Positions 18,811-29,137 are shown, numbered from the stretch's first letter. The stretch: 64,000 nt of DNA from Candidatus Shapirobacteria bacterium (GCA_041658955.1 JBAZZE010000002.1:12505-76504), one strand, 5' to 3'. Translations and numbers: made by a program. The notes: generated by a model not told the origin, from the sequence alone.

Positions 18811-20754
18811 TTAGTTTAAAACGATATCGTTTCCAATTTTTAAATTTGTCACACTGTCAAACATTTGTAACTTTAATGTACAGTCATTGTCGACATTGCT
18901 GAACGTATTGTTGATTATAATGTAATTTTGATCATTTAAATGGTTTTCGTCAGTATTGAATAACCATGTTTCTGGAGAAAAAAATGTTTGCCCTTCTCGT
19001 ATTGGTATTTTTGCTAGAGTGCAACTAATTTTAAAAACGTATTCATCGTGAGGTGTGTAATCATTCTGACTGATTACAGCAGAAAACTGAACATATTTGC
19101 TGGTTTTGCTTAACGTATAGGATAAGACTGATATTTTATTATTAAAAGGTTTTGTGACATCAGATTGCGTCTTTTTAATAATTGGAAAAAATATTTTATA
19201 GATATTTATATTTTTACCTGTATTACTTATGAATGTTTTTTGAAGTGAATAAGGAATGGCGCTATTTTCAATTAGTTTGTTAAAACTAGTAAATATTTCT
19301 AAATCCCGACTGTTCGAAATTTCGTCAGATATTATTATGTAATCAGGATCGATTACTTTAATTCTTGACAGAATATCATCGGTCGAATTTCTATTTAATA
19401 CTGGTCCGGTAAAATAAATATTCTCATTGGGGTGAGTTTTGGCAAGCAGATAAGAATAATTGTTATGGTTTATCTGGCTTTTACTATCAAGTACAAGGCT
19501 ATATCTTGAGTATTTTGGTTGTCCAGAAATATAATCAATAATTTCCTGAGTTTTCCAGTTGTTTTGGCTTGGGGAATATAAATGACTTGATGAATCTGTT
19601 TTTATTTTGTTAAAAAAAGATAGGTTAAATAGTTGGTATATTGGAAAAATAAATAATAATATCCAAAAAATATTTTGATGTTTCTTTTTAAACTTATATT
19701 CATTTATTAACAATGATATCTGTATTGCTAACACAGGTAAAATTGGTTGAATGTATCTAATTTCCTTGTTCACTCCGAATGTTAAAAGTAATGCCGGAAA
19801 TAAAAACCATGAAAATAAAAATAAAAAGATGTTCAGTTTTTCCCTGTTTAAGTTTTTAAAACTGAATAAGCTTGCGATTAGTAGAATAGAGTAATATACC
19901 GAGATCCCATTTCTTGAGATACTTTTGAAATAATTTAGAACCGTTGATAATGAATATACATTTGTTGATCCATAATCTTTGGCAATTTCACCATAAGATG
20001 TTGAAATTGCAAACTTTGAGATAGTATTAAAATTTGGATAATACCAAGTAGACGATACAACAATAAAAATAAATATTGCGACTGAAATATTTATTATTAT
20101 TTTTTCTAATGGGACATTTTTTTTGGTAATTTCTTTTATGAAAATATAAACACTTGGAACTAATACATACATTGGAAAGTTCACTTTGGTAAGTAGTCCT
20201 AATGCAGCAACTATACCTAGAGAGATGCAATTACGGATTGAGTGAAACACATTGTCTTTGAGCAATATCTGCAAAAAGATAACGACAAGTAATGTAAGTA
20301 AGTACTCAACATAGAATTGTCTATTCAATGCATAAAATAGAGGCATAGTTTGAGTAATAAATACCGAAATTAATGCTACTTTTATATTTACTAATTTTCT
20401 AACTAATAAAAATAAATAATAGTTAAGTAACAATAATGAGACCCAATTTACTATCATAGCAGCGTTCTCTTTTGGTCCTAATATAAGGTAAAAAGGTAGT
20501 GGTAGTAAGCTTAATAATGGTGCTTTTTGACCACTAAAAGCATTAACGTAGCTTTTTGAGAGTCCACTCAACCCTTCAGATTTATAGCTGTTGTATATAT
20601 GTATTGAGTTTTCTAGATACCAAGATTGATCATACGATGGAAGCGCGGTATCTCTTTTTGTCCAATAAATGTTAATCGCAACTAATAAAATAGAAAAAAG
20701 GGCTAGAAATATATACTCTATCCTCACTTTTTTCAGTAAAGTTAAGGAAATCAT
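18811..20754 (-). CDS. ArnT/PMT-like (GT-C) glycosyltransferase with C-terminal extracytoplasmic domain
   Basis: 647 aa; first-loop PSYDQSWY, KAPL, LGLLTK, STWY, KEIRYIQPILP. Confidence 0.78.
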   Translation of the reverse strand: MISLTLLKKVRIEYIFLALFSILLVAINIYWTKRDTALPSYDQSWYLENSIHIYNSYKSEGLSGLSKSYVNAFSGQKAPLLSLLPLPFYLILGPKENAAMIVNWVSLLLLNYYLFLLVRKLVNIKVALISVFITQTMPLFYALNRQFYVEYLLTLLVVIFLQILLKDNVFHSIRNCISLGIVAALGLLTKVNFPMYVLVPSVYIFIKEITKKNVPLEKIIINISVAIFIFIVVSSTWYYPNFNTISKFAISTSYGEIAKDYGSTNVYSLSTVLNYFKSISRNGISVYYSILLIASLFSFKNLNREKLNIFLFLFSWFLFPALLLTFGVNKEIRYIQPILPVLAIQISLLINEYKFKKKHQNIFWILLFIFPIYQLFNLSFFNKIKTDSSSHLYSPSQNNWKTQEIIDYISGQPKYSRYSLVLDSKSQINHNNYSYLLAKTHPNENIYFTGPVLNRNSTDDILSRIKVIDPDYIIISDEISNSRDLEIFTSFNKLIENSAIPYSLQKTFISNTGKNINIYKIFFPIIKKTQSDVTKPFNNKISVLSYTLSKTSKYVQFSAVISQNDYTPHDEYVFKISCTLAKIPIREGQTFFSPETWLFNTDENHLNDQNYIIINNTFSNVDNDCTLKLQMFDSVTNLKIGNDIVLN

Positions 20755-23732
20755 TTGAACAAGGTTAAATATTTATCAAGATTTTTGGAATCATCGAGAT
20801 ATTTGTGAGAATATTTTAAGCAATTATCGGCTATTTTTTTATAGAGTTTCTTTGAATTAGACAAAAGACTAATTTTGCCTGCAAATTCATCAATGTTTTC
20901 GGACTCACACAAGTAACCATTACTTCCGTTTGTGATTATTGTAGGTAATCCACCGACTGATGAAGAAATTACCGGCTTCCCCATGGAGAGTGCTTCTAAA
21001 ACAGTATTGGGTCTTCCGTCTACTCTGGATGTTAGGACAAGGACATCGCTTGCATTCAAGAAAGCTCCCGGATGCACCATTCCTGTAAGTAATATTTTGT
21101 TATTGAGCTTTAACTTGTCAATTAAGTCTTGGCATTTTGCAAATTCTGGTCCTGGTCCTGCTAGTACAAAAAAAAGTTTTTTGTTTGATCTAAGTTTATC
21201 TGCTATTTTAATAAATATATCTGGACCTTTTTCTTCTGAAAGTCTTCCTATAAATGAAACAATAAACTTATTATGTGGCAGACCAATAGGCCATTCAGAC
21301 ATTGTTTTCCATCTTTCAATTTCGGTTAAGTCTACACCGTTTTGAATAAGAGTTACATTGCTAGAGGTTTCATTATAGACTTGGACTAATTCGTTATAAA
21401 CGTTTTCATTTTCAGCGATAGTATGATCAATGTATTTGGAATATTTGCGATTGCTGGTAAAGTGAACATCGGTGTTGAATTGTTGGTCAAAGATTTTTAT
21501 GTGAGGAAAATCGACTTTTAATTTCGGGAGAATTTCATAAAAGTATTTACTACCACCCAAAAAAATGGTTCCTATACCCCGTGTTTTTATGAGATATAAA
21601 ACAAACTCATAGTACTCCTTCTCATTTGTGTAGATATTGGGAAGATTGAACAAGTCTTTAGATATGTTGGAATATTCCTTTGACGTGTCTATAAGTAGTT
21701 CGTCAGCCTTAAGGGATGTGACAAATGATATATGAAAATTATTTTTGACAAGTTTTTTTGAAATTGCCCTGAATCTTTTATCAGCACCGCCAACTATGGT
21801 GTAAGGTAGTGCAAAAAGTATGTTTCTTTTGTTAAATTGTGTTTTTTTTGAACCGGCCATATTCTCAAGTGGATTGGTTGCAATGTATCTATCATTACGT
21901 TTGTAAAATTTAATTGAAGCTGTTTCGTTGGTATACAAATCTTTGTGAATTTCTTTTATAGTTTTGTAGAGTAAGTCGTTATTTTTTCTTGCATTATCAA
22001 TCATTGAAACACCATGTTTTCTATATAAGAATAATGGCTCTTCGACAACAGAACCCATTCCACCATTTTTGGCTATGTTTATCCAGAATTCCCAGTCTTC
22101 ATATCCCATTTTTTCCATTTTTGTCGAATAACCTCCGACTTTTTCCCATATTGATTTTGTAAATACTGAAGAAACTATTTGGCTATTGGATTTCATTATT
22201 ACTGCCAAGTCTAGTGGCTGTGTTTTCCAAATAAAGGAACCTCCTTCAAATTCTTGTAACCATGAACCGCAAACGTCAAGCTTATTTGTTTCAAGGAGTA
22301 ATAAAGTTTTTTCTAGGTAAGTAGGAGCGATCATGTCGTCTGCGTCTAAGCAACAAATATATTTACCTTTAGCTACCTTTGTGCCATTATTTCTAGCCGT
22401 GGGTAATCGGCTATTGACTTGGTGAATTACTTTTATTTTTGGATTATTTATTTCTGAAAGAACTTTTTTTGTAAATTCATCAGTCGATCCATCATTTACT
22501 ACAATAATTTCAAAGTTTTGAAAAGTTTGTGACAATACTGAATCAATTGCATTGTTCAAATATTTTCCGTAGTTGAAACACGGGATAATTATACTAACTA
22601 ATGGTTTATCGTCTGGCCATTTTTCAAGTGTAAATTTAACTGGATGATATTTTATTTCGGTAACTAAATTCTTGATCTTTTTTTTGATATTCTTTAGTTT
22701 ATTTTTTATTCTTGAAACTATATTAGTCCTATTCGGGATAATTTTATCCAGAACACTTAACCTAATAAACATTATTATTTTCCATGAAAGGGAATTTTTT
22801 ATTTTTAAAATCTCATTATTTAAAATAAAGACATTTTTTTCATGTTGGTCAATTATTTTACTTTTCTCTTCCAAGATATTTGTGTATTTTATTTCTAATT
22901 CAGAAAGTGATCTGTTTTTGTGTAAACTATTTTTTTGTGTTGCTTTTAATTTTTCACCAAGTTCTTTAATTAGGCTCCTGGAATATATTAAATCAACCTC
23001 TTTACTAAGTATTATGTCTAAATATTTTTGACCTAAAAGTTTTTTATGTTTATTTAAAATATCTGACATGATGGATATTCTATTTGAGTCAGAGTTTTTC
23101 AACATAGAGCCTTTTCGATCTCGATAAAAGAATAGGACTTCCGGTATAACAATAGAGGTGTAACCTTTAGAAATTATTGAAATCCAAAAGTCCCAATCTT
23201 GGTAGCCAGATAATTTTGTATTGTACCCATCTACATCCTCCCAACATTTTTTTCTGAACAAAGAACTTACTGTAAGTGTATTTTTTACAAGACAATTTTC
23301 AAGTGTCATTTCCTCAGTTTCCCATATATAGTTGCTAGATTCGAAGACTTTTGCCCAACAAGAAACTATACCTATTTTGTTGCTAGTTTTGATTTTATTT
23401 ACTAGTTTCTTTATATAATTTTTATCTACGTAATCATCAGCATCGATACATGCGATATATTTCCCATTTGCTAACTTTATAGCATTATTTCTGGTGGCGG
23501 CCAGTCCTTGGTTTGTTTGGTCAATAAATATAATTTTGTCCTTATAATTTGCTTTTAGTTTTGTTAATTCTTTCAGAGAATAAGTATCGTCAGATCCGTC
23601 GTTAACAAGAATAATTTCAATGTTTTTGTAGCTTTGGTTAAGACAACTTGTAATACATGTCTCAACATATTTACCTAAATTAAAGTAAGGAATTACAATT
23701 GTTACTAAAGAGTTCGATTTGTTTTGGATCAC
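20751..23732 (-). CDS. multidomain glycosyltransferase GT2-(coiled coil)-GT2-GT4
   Basis: Two GT2 modules (VNDGS..IDADD..QDWDFW; VNDGS..LDADD..EDWEFW) and a GT4 module (FIGRLSEEKG, DGRPNTVLEAL). Confidence 0.92.
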   Translation of the reverse strand: MIQNKSNSLVTIVIPYFNLGKYVETCITSCLNQSYKNIEIILVNDGSDDTYSLKELTKLKANYKDKIIFIDQTNQGLAATRNNAIKLANGKYIACIDADDYVDKNYIKKLVNKIKTSNKIGIVSCWAKVFESSNYIWETEEMTLENCLVKNTLTVSSLFRKKCWEDVDGYNTKLSGYQDWDFWISIISKGYTSIVIPEVLFFYRDRKGSMLKNSDSNRISIMSDILNKHKKLLGQKYLDIILSKEVDLIYSRSLIKELGEKLKATQKNSLHKNRSLSELEIKYTNILEEKSKIIDQHEKNVFILNNEILKIKNSLSWKIIMFIRLSVLDKIIPNRTNIVSRIKNKLKNIKKKIKNLVTEIKYHPVKFTLEKWPDDKPLVSIIIPCFNYGKYLNNAIDSVLSQTFQNFEIIVVNDGSTDEFTKKVLSEINNPKIKVIHQVNSRLPTARNNGTKVAKGKYICCLDADDMIAPTYLEKTLLLLETNKLDVCGSWLQEFEGGSFIWKTQPLDLAVIMKSNSQIVSSVFTKSIWEKVGGYSTKMEKMGYEDWEFWINIAKNGGMGSVVEEPLFLYRKHGVSMIDNARKNNDLLYKTIKEIHKDLYTNETASIKFYKRNDRYIATNPLENMAGSKKTQFNKRNILFALPYTIVGGADKRFRAISKKLVKNNFHISFVTSLKADELLIDTSKEYSNISKDLFNLPNIYTNEKEYYEFVLYLIKTRGIGTIFLGGSKYFYEILPKLKVDFPHIKIFDQQFNTDVHFTSNRKYSKYIDHTIAENENVYNELVQVYNETSSNVTLIQNGVDLTEIERWKTMSEWPIGLPHNKFIVSFIGRLSEEKGPDIFIKIADKLRSNKKLFFVLAGPGPEFAKCQDLIDKLKLNNKILLTGMVHPGAFLNASDVLVLTSRVDGRPNTVLEALSMGKPVISSSVGGLPTIITNGSNGYLCESENIDEFAGKISLLSNSKKLYKKIADNCLKYSHKYLDDSKNLDKYLTLFK

Positions 23733-24355
23733 TTGCGTTTGAATATTTGAATGTTATCTATGTACCAGTATTGAATGCCGTTTATTTGTTTCATTTTGTC
23801 TTTTAAATTTAGTGTTAGTTTTTTGTCATAATGAAAGCCTTTGTTTTTGAACTTTTGCTCCCACCACTTTTTTGATTTTAAATTGACATGATCATGTCCA
23901 GTTTGACCTGGTGTAGCAGCTGTAAATATAATTGTGTCACTAGATTCCGTAAGACTTTGGATTAAGTTTGTAGAAAACTTTTCTTCAACATGCTCTGCAA
24001 CTTCTAAGCATAAACATAAATCAAATTTTGATGTACTATGGTAAACATTTCTTAAGTCAAAAATTTTAAAATTCTTGGAGTTTATTTTTCTGTACTTGAA
24101 ATTTGATTTACTACCATCAATACCTAAAATTTTTATATTGTGTTTTTCAAAAGGCTTGATTATATCCCCAGTCCCGCATCCAAAATCAATTACCGAATTT
24201 GGATCTATTTGTTTAATGATAAGTAGCGCGAATTTATCTACCCAGTTTTTATCTCTTAATTCTGATGTGGCAAATTTATCATCATAAATTATGTTTAGAT
24301 CTAGTTTTAAATATTTTAAAATTCGTATGATAAACGTGTTTATTTTGTTGTACAT
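23729..24355 (-). CDS. class I SAM-dependent methyltransferase
   Basis: SVIDFGCGTG, FDLCLCLEVAEH, AATPGQTGHDHVN; likely start ATG 24355 (track start 24439 overlaps upstream gene). Confidence 0.88.
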   Translation of the reverse strand: MYNKINTFIIRILKYLKLDLNIIYDDKFATSELRDKNWVDKFALLIIKQIDPNSVIDFGCGTGDIIKPFEKHNIKILGIDGSKSNFKYRKINSKNFKIFDLRNVYHSTSKFDLCLCLEVAEHVEEKFSTNLIQSLTESSDTIIFTAATPGQTGHDHVNLKSKKWWEQKFKNKGFHYDKKLTLNLKDKMKQINGIQYWYIDNIQIFKRK

Positions 24356-24362
24356 ATATGAT

Positions 24363-25490
24363 CTATGGGATTTGTAGTATTTTATCAAGAAAAGTAATAG
24401 ATTTATCCCAAGAATAATTTTTAGTGGTCTTCGCTCCATTTTTCACCAATCTTGAAAAAAGTGAATTGTCTCTTATCAATTTTTGTATTTTTTTAATTGT
24501 GTTTTCTATTTCTCCAGCATTAGTTACAAGTGCATTTTTTCCGTCGACAATATATTCATCATAGCCTGTTACTTTGGCAACTATTGGTACACCTCCACAA
24601 GCCATCATCTCAAGTGGAGGGCCAAAAAATCCTTCTACTGTAGAGAGCTTTAATAGTATGTCGCACGAAGAATAGATGTGACGCATCTGATCCATTGGAA
24701 CTCTTTCGAAAAAACGATCACAATGCCACTCTGGTTTTGGTTGTCCATCATAGGAGACACACCAGACTTCACAGTCAATATCTTTAATTACTTTGAATGC
24801 TTCTTCCATACCTTTGAATGGCAAATTTATGGCACCTTCAAGTAAAATACGTTTTTTATTTTTTGGTTTTGTTTCTAGTGGGGTATCTGGATAAAAAATA
24901 TCAGTATTTATCCCGTTTGGGACATAGTAAGATTCTTTGCCAAAATTGTCTTTGAGAAATATTTGGAGCCACTTGGCTATGGCAATAAATTCGAACGGGA
25001 AAGTGTAGGTGCGACGCACACGTTCTTTCAGATAACTTCCTGTAGGATAAAAACGGGTTTCGTCTGATTGAACTAAATATATTTTTCTTTTAACGTTAAG
25101 GAGTAAGACTTCATAGGCCGTGATCCAGCCGGTGGCGACTACCGTCTGGTAAGTTTCGATGAGTGTTTTGTTGCCCTGAAGTGGAACTACTTTAACCTCT
25201 TGCCCTGGAAACCAGGATAAATCAGACTTGTTGTCATGGCTGGCAATAAGAGTATTGTAACCAAGTTTTTGTAATCTATTAAGATGTTCACAAACTACAG
25301 CAACTCCACCGGTGATATTAGTTGTGGGAATAATGTAGCAGATGGATTTTGGAATAGTTTTTGTTTCTTTCTTTTTGGAAAATTTTGAAGATAGATATCG
25401 TAATAAAAATATAATGTCTTCTAAAACATATTGAGGATTTCTTATCTGAGTGCGAATTATTTCTGGAACTAGTTTTCTATATAGATTCAT
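24363..25490 (-). CDS. GT4 glycosyltransferase (WsaF-like)
   Basis: ITGGVAV, VVATGW.TA, YLVQSDE, EGFFGPPLEMMACG; likely start ATG 25490. Confidence 0.85.
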   Translation of the reverse strand: MNLYRKLVPEIIRTQIRNPQYVLEDIIFLLRYLSSKFSKKKETKTIPKSICYIIPTTNITGGVAVVCEHLNRLQKLGYNTLIASHDNKSDLSWFPGQEVKVVPLQGNKTLIETYQTVVATGWITAYEVLLLNVKRKIYLVQSDETRFYPTGSYLKERVRRTYTFPFEFIAIAKWLQIFLKDNFGKESYYVPNGINTDIFYPDTPLETKPKNKKRILLEGAINLPFKGMEEAFKVIKDIDCEVWCVSYDGQPKPEWHCDRFFERVPMDQMRHIYSSCDILLKLSTVEGFFGPPLEMMACGGVPIVAKVTGYDEYIVDGKNALVTNAGEIENTIKKIQKLIRDNSLFSRLVKNGAKTTKNYSWDKSITFLDKILQIP

Positions 25491-26409
25491 TTGTCTTATA
25501 CCACTCAATAGTATTTTTTAGTCCAGTTTTAAAATCAGTACTGGCTTTAAAACTGAATTCTTTTTCTGCTTTTGAGGTATCAAGACACCTGCGGGGCTGA
25601 CCATCTGGCTTTGTGCTGTCCCAGACAACCTTACCTTCGTAACCAACTATTTCATTGATTGTTTCGACTAATTCTTTGATAGTGATCTCCATTCCTGAAC
25701 CAAGATTGACAGGGTCAGAACCATTGTACTTATCTGTCGCCATGACAATAGCCTTGGCGGCATCTTCGACATATAAAAATTCACGACTGGCACTGCCGGT
25801 TCCCCAGACTTCCATGGTGGGACTACCGGAATCCTTGGCTTCTATGGACTTTTTGATGAGAGCTGGAATGACGTGTGAGGAACTGGGGTCAAAATTATCA
25901 CCCGGCCCATAGAGATTGACAGGGAGAAGATAAATAGCGTTAAAACCATATTGTTGGCGGTAGGCTTGGGCCTGGACCAGAAGCATTTTTTTGGCAAGAC
26001 CATAAGGGGCATTGGTTTCCTCGGGATATCCGATCCATAGGTCAGATTCTTTAAAGGGTACTTGGGTGAACTTGGGATAGGCGCAAACAGTGCCGATGGC
26101 CACAAATTTTTTGATGCCGGCTTTGCGTGATTCCTCCATGAGCTGAGTGCCCATGATGATGTTGTCATAATAAAGTTCACCTGGTTTTTCGCGGTTGAAA
26201 CCTATTCCGCCTACCTTGGCGGCCAGATGGATGACAGTATCGATCTCTTGTAACGATTTTTTAATTTGGGGAACGTCTGTAAAATCTACCTCAGCGTGAG
26301 TTGGGTAATAAATATTTTGAGGGCTTACTCCTGCATCAATTAATTGTTTTTTAACATTTTGGCCCAAGAAACCACTGCCTCCGGTCAGGAGAATTTTTTG
26401 ATCAAACAT
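25477..26409 (-). CDS. fcl: GDP-L-fucose synthase
   Basis: TGGSGFLG, HLAAKVGGI, GTVCAYP, YGLAKK, NLYGPGDNF, SHVIPALI, KPDGQPRR; start ATG 26409. Confidence 0.95.
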   Translation of the reverse strand: MFDQKILLTGGSGFLGQNVKKQLIDAGVSPQNIYYPTHAEVDFTDVPQIKKSLQEIDTVIHLAAKVGGIGFNREKPGELYYDNIIMGTQLMEESRKAGIKKFVAIGTVCAYPKFTQVPFKESDLWIGYPEETNAPYGLAKKMLLVQAQAYRQQYGFNAIYLLPVNLYGPGDNFDPSSSHVIPALIKKSIEAKDSGSPTMEVWGTGSASREFLYVEDAAKAIVMATDKYNGSDPVNLGSGMEITIKELVETINEIVGYEGKVVWDSTKPDGQPRRCLDTSKAEKEFSFKASTDFKTGLKNTIEWYKTNESI

Positions 26410-26411
26410 TA

Positions 26412-27488
26412 TTAGTAGTCCGCCCAACTATTAACCTTGGCTTCGTTTTCGAGGTCGAATTGAACCATGATGGACACTAATTCTTTAAAATTAATTTTAG
26501 GTTCCCATTTCAATAACTTTTTAGCTTTTGATGGGTTACCTAATAAAAGGTCGACTTCTGCAGGGCGAAAATATTTGGGATCAACTTCGACTAATATTTT
26601 TTTAGTTTTTTTATCATAACCTTTTTCATCGACACCTTTGCCTTTCCAGATAATATCGATACCAACTTCTTTGAACGCCAACTCGGTAAACTCACGAACA
26701 CTGTGAGTCTCACCTGTGGCGATGACAAAATCATCAGGTTTGGGTTGTTGAAGAATTAACCACATGGCTTCGACATAATCTTTGGCGTGTCCCCAGTCAC
26801 GCTTGGCATCGAGGTTGCCTAAATATAATTTATCTTGCAGACCTAGCTTGATATTGGCAACTGCTCTGGATATTTTCCTAGTTACAAATGTCTTACCCCT
26901 TCGAGGTGATTCATGGTTGAAGAGGGTACCATTGCTGGCATGAAGCCCATAACTTTCACGATAATTTTTGGTGATCCAGTAAGCAAAAACTTTGGCGCAA
27001 CCATAGGGGGAACGTGGGTAAAATGGAGTGGTTTCATTTTGGGGTATTTCGACTACCTTGCCATACATTTCACTCGATGAGGCTTGGTAATAACGAGAAT
27101 TAGGTGCGTAATTACGGATAGCTTCAAGAATGCGAAGTGCACCATTAGCGACAATATTGGCCGTATATTCGGGAATTTCAAAACTAACTTGGACATGGCT
27201 TTGGGCTCCAAGATTATAAATTTCGTCTGGCTGGATTTCACGAATTAGCTTATCGATAACGGTAGGTTCACTTAAATCACCATAATGCAAAAAGATATGT
27301 ACATCTTTATTGTGTGGATCGCGATAGATGTGGTCGATACGACTGGTGTTGAAATTACTAGATCTTCTGATAATTCCATGAACTTCATATCCTTTTCCTA
27401 ATAGCAATTCAGCAAGGTAGCTACCGTCTTGACCGGTAATTCCAGTGATAAGGGCTTTTTTGGTTTTATTGTTTTTGATCGTTTTCAT
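26412..27488 (-). CDS. gmd: GDP-mannose 4,6-dehydratase
   Basis: [50 protein letters not shown]; start ATG 27488. Confidence 0.97.
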   Translation of the reverse strand: MKTIKNNKTKKALITGITGQDGSYLAELLLGKGYEVHGIIRRSSNFNTSRIDHIYRDPHNKDVHIFLHYGDLSEPTVIDKLIREIQPDEIYNLGAQSHVQVSFEIPEYTANIVANGALRILEAIRNYAPNSRYYQASSSEMYGKVVEIPQNETTPFYPRSPYGCAKVFAYWITKNYRESYGLHASNGTLFNHESPRRGKTFVTRKISRAVANIKLGLQDKLYLGNLDAKRDWGHAKDYVEAMWLILQQPKPDDFVIATGETHSVREFTELAFKEVGIDIIWKGKGVDEKGYDKKTKKILVEVDPKYFRPAEVDLLLGNPSKAKKLLKWEPKINFKELVSIMVQFDLENEAKVNSWADY

Positions 27489-28206
27489 ATGTTTGGCAGA
27501 CTGTAGCGGTGTCTCCGATTTGTTGAAGTGCATGATGATTTATATAAATAGCACTGGTGCAAAAGGCTCTGACCTGCGGGAGTGAGTGAGAGACAAATAT
27601 AATGGTAACACCAGAATTTTTGAATTCTTCCATTTTGGAAAAACATTTGGCTTGAAAAGCGGTGTCGCCGACTGCTAGAATCTCGTCGACAATAAGAATT
27701 TCGGGATTGACATGAATGGCGATACTAAAGGCAAGGCGCATGTACATTCCAGAGCTGTAATGTTTGATGGGCTGGTCTATAAACTCGGTAAGTTCGGAAA
27801 AATCAAGAATACTTTGGAAATTATCATCGATTTGGCGACGGCTAAGTCCGAGTATGGCGCCATTAAGATAGACATTTTCTCGGCCGGTCAGTTCGGGATG
27901 CATGCCAGCGCCTAGTTCGATAAGGGGTGAGACTTTACCATGGACATGAATTTTACCCTTACTAGGACTCATGACACCGGCAATGAGTTTTAAAATAGTG
28001 GACTTACCGCTTCCATTGGGTCCGATAACGCCGACACACTCCCCTTTTTTGATTTCAAAACTGACATTACTAAAGACGGTAAATTTGTCGACTGTTTTTT
28101 CTCCGTAGATCAGAGCGGGAAGGAATTCTTTAAAAGTTTTCTGATTGTTGCGCGAGAAATCTTTGGTTACTTCATCGAATTTGATGGCTATATTATTTAT
28201 TTCCAT
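27466..28206 (-). CDS. wzt: polysaccharide ABC exporter ATP-binding subunit (Wzt/TagH-like), no C-terminal carbohydrate-binding domain
   Basis: [31 protein letters not shown]; 246 aa. Confidence 0.93.
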   Translation of the reverse strand: MEINNIAIKFDEVTKDFSRNNQKTFKEFLPALIYGEKTVDKFTVFSNVSFEIKKGECVGVIGPNGSGKSTILKLIAGVMSPSKGKIHVHGKVSPLIELGAGMHPELTGRENVYLNGAILGLSRRQIDDNFQSILDFSELTEFIDQPIKHYSSGMYMRLAFSIAIHVNPEILIVDEILAVGDTAFQAKCFSKMEEFKNSGVTIIFVSHSLPQVRAFCTSAIYINHHALQQIGDTATVCQTYENDQKQ

Positions 28207-28208
28207 AG

Positions 28209-29009
28209 TTAGACGTTGTCGGCGAATATCTTTTCGCGGGACTTGAAATAAGCTAGTCCTGTTAAAAGTGTAAAAATTGAAAGTATAAGCGCTATCGTCA
28301 GAGACAAATAGTTTGGCTCCCCTCCACCAAGGATTGTTTGGCGATAAGCATTAATTATCACTGCCATTGGGTTGAGTTGAAAAAGAAACTTATATCTCTC
28401 AGGTACGATATCCGCAGGGTAAATTATTGGGGTTAAGTACATCCAAAGCATTAAGACAAGGTTTAGTAAAAACTGAATATCACGATATAGGAGGTTGGCG
28501 GCAGCAAAAAATAAAGACAGACCCAATGTGAAGATTTGTTGAATTATAAAAATAGGAATTACCCAAAGAATATTGACATTAATAGGAATCTGGTAGGCAA
28601 TCATGTAGAACACGAGGATAGATAGGGCAAAGAGAAAATCAATTATCTTGGCTATGGTTGTGGCTAGAACTAATATAGTTCTAGGAAAATAGATTTTGGT
28701 GATTAAAGAGGCTGAGCTTACTAACGAACTGCATGAAAAAGAAAGAGAGTTGGAAAAAAGTGTCCAAGGTAGTAGCCCGACGAAGAGAAACACTGAATAA
28801 GGAATGTGTGAAGAAGCATTGGTGGGAATGCGCATGATGACAGAGAAGGCAAAAGACATAACCAACATCTGGGCTAAAGGATTGAGAATAACCCAAAAGT
28901 AGCCAAGAACTGACTGCTTGTAACGGGCCTTGACCTCACGACCAACCATCTGCCACAGAAGCTCCCGCCATTTTACGACCGCATGGAGTTCTTTTAGTAG
29001 AGACATCAC
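28209..29009 (-). CDS. wzm: polysaccharide ABC exporter permease (Wzm/TagG-like)
   Basis: ARYKQSVLGYFWVILNP, LITKIYFP, YRDI, YLTPIIYP, LNP. Confidence 0.93.
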   Translation of the reverse strand: MMSLLKELHAVVKWRELLWQMVGREVKARYKQSVLGYFWVILNPLAQMLVMSFAFSVIMRIPTNASSHIPYSVFLFVGLLPWTLFSNSLSFSCSSLVSSASLITKIYFPRTILVLATTIAKIIDFLFALSILVFYMIAYQIPINVNILWVIPIFIIQQIFTLGLSLFFAAANLLYRDIQFLLNLVLMLWMYLTPIIYPADIVPERYKFLFQLNPMAVIINAYRQTILGGGEPNYLSLTIALILSIFTLLTGLAYFKSREKIFADNV

Positions 29010-29015
29010 GAATCT

Positions 29016-29021
29016 ATTATA
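29016..29021 (-). promoter_or_regulatory. -10 element TATAAT of the wzm operon
   Basis: 6 nt upstream of GTG 29009 (ATG at 29006). Confidence 0.6.
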
Positions 29022-29050
29022 TACGTTAGAACGGTGATTGGGGGTGAATA

Positions 29051-29123
29051 GGCAGAGGTTTGAAGATTGCGCGTCACTGTCCGGTGCTTTGATCGGACCA
29101 TGTCGCTCCTCGCTATGACGTGG
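29051..29123 (-). repeat. short palindromic repeat, copy 2, intergenic, with nested GTCCGGTGCTTTGATCGGAC hairpin
   Basis: ggcagaggtttgaagattgc...tcgctcctcgctatgacgtgg matches both ends of the 45912-45961 copy with one mismatch each. Confidence 0.85.
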
Positions 29124-29137
29124 TGGTGATTGTAAGT

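Noticed and set aside
16471-24900. A/T homopolymer runs as phase-variation switches
   Set aside because: Runs of 7-9 nt are expected at this AT content, all ORFs are in frame, and there are no long G/C tracts
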